Positions 58,622 to 64,000 of a stretch of 64,000 nucleotides of DNA are shown piece after piece (positions within the stretch are counted from its first letter, which is position 1; each line of letters begins with the position of its first letter). A program made the position numbers and the translations under genes. The notes beneath the pieces were generated by a model, which did not search any database, was not told the DNA's origin, and saw nothing but the letters and a program-made list of their open reading frames with translations. This DNA is from a bacterium (GTDB lineage: Bacteria; Patescibacteriota; Patescibacteriia; UBA10025), in assembly GCA_021815445.1 (NCBI GenBank), contig JAKAGM010000002.1, positions 159,511 to 223,510 of the forward strand, written 5' to 3'.

Positions 58622-58648
58622 TTCGCGCACCTTAGAAAAGGTGCGCTG
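58622..58648. repeat. REP-like palindrome ttcGCGCACCTTagaaAAGGTGCGCtg
   Basis: Perfect 9-bp arms. The upstream direct repeat ccag(g)ttcgcgcac also occurs at 58507-58520. Confidence 0.7.
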
Positions 58649-58663
58649 TGTTTATACAACAAA

Positions 58664-58686
58664 GAGCACCCTTTCTAGGGTGCGAA
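58664..58686. repeat. REP-like palindrome gaGCACCCTttctaGGGTGCgaa
   Basis: GCACCCT/GGGTGC arms as in the 23313 copy. Confidence 0.65.
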
Positions 58687-58756
58687 ACACATCAATAAAA
58701 AAAGCAGAGTCGGATGACTCTGCAGGAAGTTGATGAATGAACGTGGTTTGATTCGG

Positions 58757-59584
58757 TCAGTGTATGACGCCGGCAGTCATGTAGAGCCAGACCAATGCGG
58801 TCATGATGCCCTGGGGGTATGCCCTTCGATATCGGGCGATTCCCCCAATCATCGAAAAGATGAAATAGTGGGCGAAGGCAAGCCCTACGAAGACGTTGTA
58901 ACTCATCCGCGGAAGGAGGTGTCCATTCATGTGAAAGTAGAGGATGGGGTACATCAGCATTGCTGCTGTGCAGACAAACCCGCCCACAATGTAGTTGTTT
59001 CGCGGTCCGCAATCCAGCCACGAGCGCAGCGCAATCCTCGGTTTCTCCTGGTGGTCTTTGATCTCCTCACGGAGGAAGTACAACCAGAAAGTGGTACCCA
59101 GAAGAAACACGGTGACTCCGGCGAATGGTACTCCGGTTGATGCCCAACCAACAAACACGGGGACGGTGCATATCAGTCCAACCAGAGAGTTCAGGGGCCC
59201 GTTGACACCTCTCCGTGCAGTGTAAAGGATGACGAGCCCTCCCGCGAGTATCGTCGCAATCGTACACCCAATGGGAAGATATTTCACGGTGAGATACACG
59301 CTTCCTTGGAATGCCAGGAACGCCAGCATTCCCCAGAGATAGGGATGCTGTTCGCGGATGTAGTCATTGACCCGACGGGTGTACGGGTGATTATGGTTTT
59401 GAAACGCACAGTGGTACACGCTGGATCCGAAGACCAGCAACGCCATCGCACCGGCCGCTGCGAGGGCCGGTGTGTTGAACACGAATTGCCCAAGAGCAAT
59501 TCTTGCGACAACCACTACAGCGGCAGCCGCTGTCAGACACTGTACGGGCCTGACGATGGTAAGGAACCTTTTTAACGCTTTCAT
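58757..59584 (-). CDS. Hypothetical polytopic membrane protein (about 8 TM helices)
   Basis: Strong RBS AAAGGAGG 6 nt upstream of ATG 59584; hydrophobic throughout. Only a partial resemblance to the prenyltransferase NDxxD motif (RVNDYIRE), so no family was assigned. Confidence 0.6.
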   Translation of the reverse strand: MKALKRFLTIVRPVQCLTAAAAVVVVARIALGQFVFNTPALAAAGAMALLVFGSSVYHCAFQNHNHPYTRRVNDYIREQHPYLWGMLAFLAFQGSVYLTVKYLPIGCTIATILAGGLVILYTARRGVNGPLNSLVGLICTVPVFVGWASTGVPFAGVTVFLLGTTFWLYFLREEIKDHQEKPRIALRSWLDCGPRNNYIVGGFVCTAAMLMYPILYFHMNGHLLPRMSYNVFVGLAFAHYFIFSMIGGIARYRRAYPQGIMTALVWLYMTAGVIH

Positions 59585-59622
59585 GCAAATCCTCCTTTGA
59601 AAGGCGGTTTCGATTTTATATG

Positions 59623-59651
59623 ACCTTATCGCAAGACTGGTGAGTTGTCAA
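59623..59651 (-). promoter_or_regulatory. Promoter/operator motif TTGACAA-ctcACCAGTCttgCGATAAGGT (minus-strand sense) upstream of the 58757-59584 gene
   Basis: -35 TTGACA, a 17-nt spacer and a -10-like TAAGGT. 24 of 29 positions are identical to the copy at 60109-60137. Confidence 0.5.
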
Positions 59652-59671
59652 ATAAAAAAACACCACGCCCT

Positions 59672-60064
59672 TTATGAACGGGTGGATTCTGACGAAGGTG
59701 CGGGAGCTGTTTTGGTAAAAGCCTCGAGAGCCTTCTCGATCGTGTCGTACGTTTCAAAAGCTTCGGTGAGCTTTGCAATGACCAGGATGCTCTTGATCCG
59801 GTCTCCGATGCCGCAGAGGACTAATTTCGCAGAGGGGTCTAAAGACTGATTGATCCGCCACTGCATGTGGATGAGTGTGGCGATGTTCGTTGAATTGATC
59901 CAATTCGCACCGGAGAGGTCGATGATGAAGCGCCGTTGACCACTTCCGAAATTCACATGGAGGCACTCATCCACCAAACCCATACCGATGTCGCCGGGGA
60001 CGCTGCTTAAGTTCGCATGAATGATAACCACCCCGTCGCGGATTTCACTTGTTGGACTGCTCAT
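59672..60064 (-). CDS. STAS-domain protein (anti-sigma-factor antagonist SpoIIAA-like)
   Basis: RFIIDLSGANWINSTNIATLIH... and LVLCGIGDRIKSILVIAKL are typical of STAS. ATG confirmed at 60064. Confidence 0.75.
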   Translation of the reverse strand: MSSPTSEIRDGVVIIHANLSSVPGDIGMGLVDECLHVNFGSGQRRFIIDLSGANWINSTNIATLIHMQWRINQSLDPSAKLVLCGIGDRIKSILVIAKLTEAFETYDTIEKALEAFTKTAPAPSSESTRS

Positions 60065-60108
60065 GCAGCCACCTTTCCTGGAAATGTACCTTGTTTATAC
60101 TTTAACCC

Positions 60109-60137
60109 ACCTTATCGTAGGACTGGTGTATTGTCAA
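60109..60137 (-). promoter_or_regulatory. Second copy of the promoter/operator motif TTGACAA-tacACCAGTCctaCGATAAGGT upstream of the STAS gene
   Basis: Same -35, spacer core and -10-like element as 59623-59651. Confidence 0.5.
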
Positions 60138-60170
60138 TTCATTGTTTTTTCAGGGCATTTAGGGTATACT

Positions 60171-60632
60171 ATGGCCATGCAGCAAAGCATTGCGCAGACA
60201 CTGACGACGCCTTCACAGGCCGACGATACCATCGCCGGAGAGCGCGCATCATTTTACTGGAAAGCGACGTGGATGGCCATTGTTGTCCTTGTCGGAGCGG
60301 AAATTGCTCTCCATTATATCAGCCAACCGGCGTATATTTCGCGGGTAGTCGAAGGTCTGTTGTTCCTCGGGGCAGGGTGGCTCATGATGAGGCGGCGGCG
60401 CACGATGACGACAGTCACTGCGGCAGGAGCGTTTGTCGGGTTTATCACCGGCCTCGTTATAGCCATCTTTGAAATGGCAAGGGATCCTCTGATGTGGCGG
60501 GTGTTCAACATTATCGCCCGGCCGATCTGGATGGCGGCATTCGGCGCAGTAGTCGCGGGTGGTTTCGCATTCTGTATATCAAGATTTTTTTCAACACAAT
60601 CTGCAATGAAAGGAGGTGAACATCATGGATGA
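60171..60632 (+). CDS. Hypothetical membrane protein (3-4 TM helices)
   Basis: TATACT at 60165-60170 abuts the ATG at 60171 (second ATG at 60177; leaderless-like). The ORF-track N-terminal extension would overlap the divergent STAS gene. Confidence 0.5.
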   Translation: MAMQQSIAQTLTTPSQADDTIAGERASFYWKATWMAIVVLVGAEIALHYISQPAYISRVVEGLLFLGAGWLMMRRRRTMTTVTAAGAFVGFITGLVIAIFEMARDPLMWRVFNIIARPIWMAAFGAVVAGGFAFCISRFFSTQSAMKGGEHHG

Positions 60633-60930
60633 AAAAAAACCTACCGAACAGTTCAGCTCTGACAGCAAATCTATGGCCGCACTCTCCTATATTCCGGCCC
60701 TCAGCATTGTCATGCTTATTCTCAAGAAGAATGATCAGTTCGTGCAGTTTCACGCCCGTCAGGGTCTCGTACTATCGATTGCATTCCTAGTCATCATTAT
60801 TCCGGTCCTTGGCTGGTTTCTGGCCCTCGTCATCAGTATCGTGGATCTCATCGGATTCTTAAAAGCGCTTGCGGGAGAACGCTACTCAATGCCGTTAATC
60901 GGTCCTCTTGCCGAGAAAATCAAACTCTAA
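60625..60930 (+). CDS. Small membrane protein resembling the DUF4870 family
   Basis: AGGAGG lies 8 nt upstream of ATG 60625. Segment AALSYIPALSIVMLILKKNDQFVQFHARQGLVLSIAFLVII. It overlaps the upstream stop (ATGGATGA). Confidence 0.55.
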   Translation: MDEKKPTEQFSSDSKSMAALSYIPALSIVMLILKKNDQFVQFHARQGLVLSIAFLVIIIPVLGWFLALVISIVDLIGFLKALAGERYSMPLIGPLAEKIKL

Positions 60931-61057
60931 TTTTACATTTTTTTCCACAAAACATGTCGCCGCCGCGCGTCTGATAACGGAGGAGGCGGTTTTGTGGCGT
61001 TTACCAGCTTTCTTTGTTATACTATAGCCGACGGATTGATTATCTATAACGTCTTTT

Positions 61058-63466
61058 ATGACTACAAAAAAGAGCTCGAAGTACATCCTCTGGTTTAATC
61101 AGATCGGGATCAAAGATGTTCCCATCGTCGGGGGAAAAAACGCCTCGCTCGGGGAGATGTACCGAAATTTAACTTCACAAGGCGTAAAAGTTCCCAACGG
61201 ATTCGCAATTACCGCGGGGGCCTATTTTTACCTGATTAAAGAGGCCGGTATCCGGGCGGCTATCCAGCAGATTCTCTCAACGCTCAACACAAAAGATATC
61301 CGCAATCTCCAGGCACGGGGCAAGAAAATCCGCGATCTTATCCTGAAGACCCAATTTCCCAAAGACCTCGAGGCAGCTATTCTAGAAAATTACCATAAAT
61401 TAGAAAAACAATACGGCAAGAATGTCGACGTCGCCGTCCGCTCGTCAGCCACAGCGGAAGACTTGCCCGACGCATCCTTTGCAGGTCAGCAGGAAACCTA
61501 TCTCAATATCCGCGGGACGCAGGCTTTGCTCGTCGCGTGCAGAAAATGTTTCGCGTCACTCTTCACCGACCGCGCGATCAGTTACCGCAAGGACAAACAC
61601 TTCGATCATTTCTCCATCGGACTCTCCATAGGTGTCCAAAAGATGATCAGATCCGACAAAGCCGCTTCGGGGGTCATGTTCTCCATAGATACGGAATCAG
61701 GCCACAAAGATATGGTCCTCATCAACGCGTCGTACGGTTTGGGCGAGAACATCGTACAGGGCGCCGTAAGTCCCGACGAATTCTATGTCCACAAACCTAC
61801 GCTCAAGAAAGGATTCAGACCTATTGTTTCGAAGACCCTCGGCACAAAGCGTATCAAGATGATCTATACGACTGGAGCTACGCCGACAAAGAATGTTGCT
61901 GTCAACGAGGTTGACCGTCACAGGTTTTGCATCACGGATAATGAGGTGCTGAAACTCGCACGCTGGGCGGCGATTGTCGAAGACCACTATTCGAAAGCTG
62001 CAGGGCATTACAAGCCCATGGACATGGAATGGGCGAAGGACGGCGAGAGCGGCGAACTCTACATGATCCAGGCACGGCCTGAGACCGTCGTTTCACGGCG
62101 CGACACGAGCGTCCTCGAACACTTTACCCTGCTCAAAAAAGGCAGAGTGCTTGTCATCGGATCTCCCGTGGGCGCGAAGATCGGGGTCGGCCGGGCGAAC
62201 ATCATCAAAGACGTTAAGCACATACTCAATTTCAAAAAAGGCGACGTGCTGGTTACGCACATGACGGATCCTGACTGGGAGCCAATCATGAAAATAGCAT
62301 CCGCTATAGTGACGAATGAGGGCGGGCGCACTTCTCACGCCGCTATTGTGAGCCGGGAGCTCGGCATACCCGCGATAGTCGGAGCTGAGCATGCCACGGA
62401 AAAAATTCCTCACGGGCAGACTATCACCGTGAGCTGTTCAGAGGGTGACGTCGGCCGCGTGTATGCGGGAAAGGTGCCTTTCCGGGTGAAACGCACAAGC
62501 TTGTCGACGCTGAAACGGCCCAAAAAGACCCAGATCAAGATGATTTTTGGCACGCCCGAGCTCGCCTACCAAACGTCGCAGATCCCGAATGACGGCGTCG
62601 GCCTGGCCCGTGAAGAGTTCATCATCAATTCATACATCAAGATTCATCCCATGGCGTTGGTAAGATATCCAAATTTGAAAGACAGAAGCGCCAAACGGCA
62701 GATTGACGCGCTGACTATCGGTTACAAGGACAAAAAGCAATACTATATCGACAAGCTTTCATCGGGTATCGCCACTATAGCGGCTGCGTTCTATCCGAAA
62801 GAAGTCATCGTCCGTCTCGCCGATTTCCGCACGAATGAATATGCAGAATTGATTGGGGGTAAAGAGTTCGAGCCTATAGAACGCAATCCGATGATAGGAT
62901 GGCGCGGCGCCTCGCGGTACTACGACCCCGCGTACCGGCCGGCATTCGACCTCGAGTGCAAGGCGATAAAACGCGTTCGCGACGTCATGGGCCTCACGAA
63001 CGTCAAAGTCATGATCCCGTTCTGCAGGACAGTCCAAGAGGGCACGAGCGTGATCCAAGTGATGGCGGAGAACGGGCTGAAACAGCACGTCAACGGCCTC
63101 GAGGTATACGTCATGTGCGAGATTCCGTCCAATGTCGTCCTTGCAGACAGGTTCTCAAAAATATTCGACGGTTTCTCAATAGGTTCCAATGACCTGACCC
63201 AGCTTACCCTCGGCCTCGATCGCGACTCAGGGGTGATCGCCCACATAGGCAATGAAAATAATGAGGCAGTCAAACGGCTGATCTCGCAGGTGATACGCAC
63301 GGCCAAGAAGTATAAACGGAAAATAGGCATCTGCGGACAAGCCCCGTCTGATTTTCCGGATTTCGCCGCTTTTCTCCTGAAAGAGGGGATCGATTCCATC
63401 TCGCTGAACCCCGACATCATTATCAAAACCACAATTGCCCTGGCGCAAGCGGAAAAAAGAGGTTAA
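61058..63466 (+). CDS. ppsA: Phosphoenolpyruvate synthase (pyruvate, water dikinase)
   Basis: ATP-grasp N-terminus, phosphohistidine domain (GGRTSHAAIVSRELGIPAIVG) and a PEP-utilising C-terminal TIM barrel. Confidence 0.93.
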   Translation: MTTKKSSKYILWFNQIGIKDVPIVGGKNASLGEMYRNLTSQGVKVPNGFAITAGAYFYLIKEAGIRAAIQQILSTLNTKDIRNLQARGKKIRDLILKTQFPKDLEAAILENYHKLEKQYGKNVDVAVRSSATAEDLPDASFAGQQETYLNIRGTQALLVACRKCFASLFTDRAISYRKDKHFDHFSIGLSIGVQKMIRSDKAASGVMFSIDTESGHKDMVLINASYGLGENIVQGAVSPDEFYVHKPTLKKGFRPIVSKTLGTKRIKMIYTTGATPTKNVAVNEVDRHRFCITDNEVLKLARWAAIVEDHYSKAAGHYKPMDMEWAKDGESGELYMIQARPETVVSRRDTSVLEHFTLLKKGRVLVIGSPVGAKIGVGRANIIKDVKHILNFKKGDVLVTHMTDPDWEPIMKIASAIVTNEGGRTSHAAIVSRELGIPAIVGAEHATEKIPHGQTITVSCSEGDVGRVYAGKVPFRVKRTSLSTLKRPKKTQIKMIFGTPELAYQTSQIPNDGVGLAREEFIINSYIKIHPMALVRYPNLKDRSAKRQIDALTIGYKDKKQYYIDKLSSGIATIAAAFYPKEVIVRLADFRTNEYAELIGGKEFEPIERNPMIGWRGASRYYDPAYRPAFDLECKAIKRVRDVMGLTNVKVMIPFCRTVQEGTSVIQVMAENGLKQHVNGLEVYVMCEIPSNVVLADRFSKIFDGFSIGSNDLTQLTLGLDRDSGVIAHIGNENNEAVKRLISQVIRTAKKYKRKIGICGQAPSDFPDFAAFLLKEGIDSISLNPDIIIKTTIALAQAEKRG

Positions 63467-63535
63467 GCACAGAAAATTTTCGTTCAGATTCCCTTGGCTC
63501 TTATCGGAGGGTTGAGGTGTGGTATACTGTCTCGT

Positions 63536-64000
63536 ATGAGGCGAAATCGCATCTCCATATTCACGACACTTATCCTGGCAGGCCTGATGGCCGCGAGCGC
63601 TGTGTTTGTTATTTCTGCGGCCCGCGCGGCAGCCCCGGCATATCTTGCGGGAGCACATCTTATCCGGCCTACACCCGGCGATGAGATAAGCGGGTCAGTG
63701 CCTTTTGAGGCTGACTTGGGCAGTTCATCTCCCGCGGAAACGGCGCATGTGGCGTTTACCCTCTACCGCATGTCAGGCGGCATCCCCGAAGAAGGACGCT
63801 ACTGTTTTCTTTCGCCCTCTCCGACAAAAATCTCAGGCACCACGCGCTGGTATTCGGCAAGCGTGAATACGACAAAAGTGACCGGCAGGTGTTCATCGTC
63901 GCTCGTGGGGTGGGGCACTGTGTATGCGCCTGAAGACGGTACCTACAGATTCGGCGCGTGGATTGACGGTACGGAATACGCGACCTACGACAATGTTGTC
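63536..64000 (+). CDS. 5' portion of a secreted protein gene (signal peptide; runs off the window end)
   Basis: ATG at 63536 is preceded by TATACT 18 nt upstream. MRRNRISIFTTLILAGLMAASAVFVISAARAAAP..., with no stop before position 64000. Confidence 0.45.
   Translation, partial: MRRNRISIFTTLILAGLMAASAVFVISAARAAAPAYLAGAHLIRPTPGDEISGSVPFEADLGSSSPAETAHVAFTLYRMSGGIPEEGRYCFLSPSPTKISGTTRWYSASVNTTKVTGRCSSSLVGWGTVYAPEDGTYRFGAWIDGTEYATYDNVV

Noticed and set aside
58757-59584. UbiA-family prenyltransferase assignment for the polytopic membrane protein
   Set aside because: There is only one partial NDxxD-like motif (RVNDYIRE) and no second Asp-rich motif, which is insufficient. The gene is called hypothetical.

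Overview
This 64 kb window from a bacterial chromosome is mostly core housekeeping genes. Small-genome traits point to a Candidate Phyla Radiation / Patescibacteria-like organism: rpoB-rpoC follows a Mur ligase rather than rplKAJL, Shine-Dalgarno motifs are weak or absent, and four genes appear leaderless. This placement is inference only.

Housekeeping genes I support from sequence: a murE-like 3' fragment, rpoB, rpoC, ftsK, a RodZ-like protein, recA, plsX, murI, gpmI, a HAD hydrolase, a phosphohexomutase, glyA-folD plus a NUDIX gene, ychF, rpsF-ssb-rpsR, efp, trpS, RNase J, secG, uvrC, uvrA, groES-groEL and ppsA. One tRNA-Leu(CAG) is encoded on the minus strand. I found no rRNA, CRISPR array, transposase or integrase.

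Accessory and unusual content:
- a bacterial Elp3-like radical-SAM/GNAT protein;
- a LysM-like membrane protein, a NUDIX gene and a PP2C gene, interspersed with three related structured elements (the strongest candidate for something undescribed);
- a roughly 1,400 aa adhesin-like surface protein beside a nucleotidyltransferase plus O-antigen-ligase-like pair;
- a 407 aa orphan gene flanked by GC-rich palindromic repeats;
- a STAS-domain gene and a polytopic membrane gene driven by near-identical promoter/operator sequences;
- several small Arg-rich or zinc-ribbon proteins below the ORF-track length cutoff.

Two sequence families recur in intergenic regions. The first is a dispersed REP-like palindrome, GCGCACCYT-N4-5-ARGGTGCGC, at five loci. 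The second is a set of structured elements closed by UCAUUCC...GGAUGA helices with compensatory changes, located around the NUDIX and PP2C genes. Separately, a promoter-plus-terminator unit of about 380 nt downstream of ychF has no long ORF and is a candidate ncRNA.

All assignments are from reading the translations and DNA by eye. The ORF track's M at a start may be GTG or TTG. No database searches were run.
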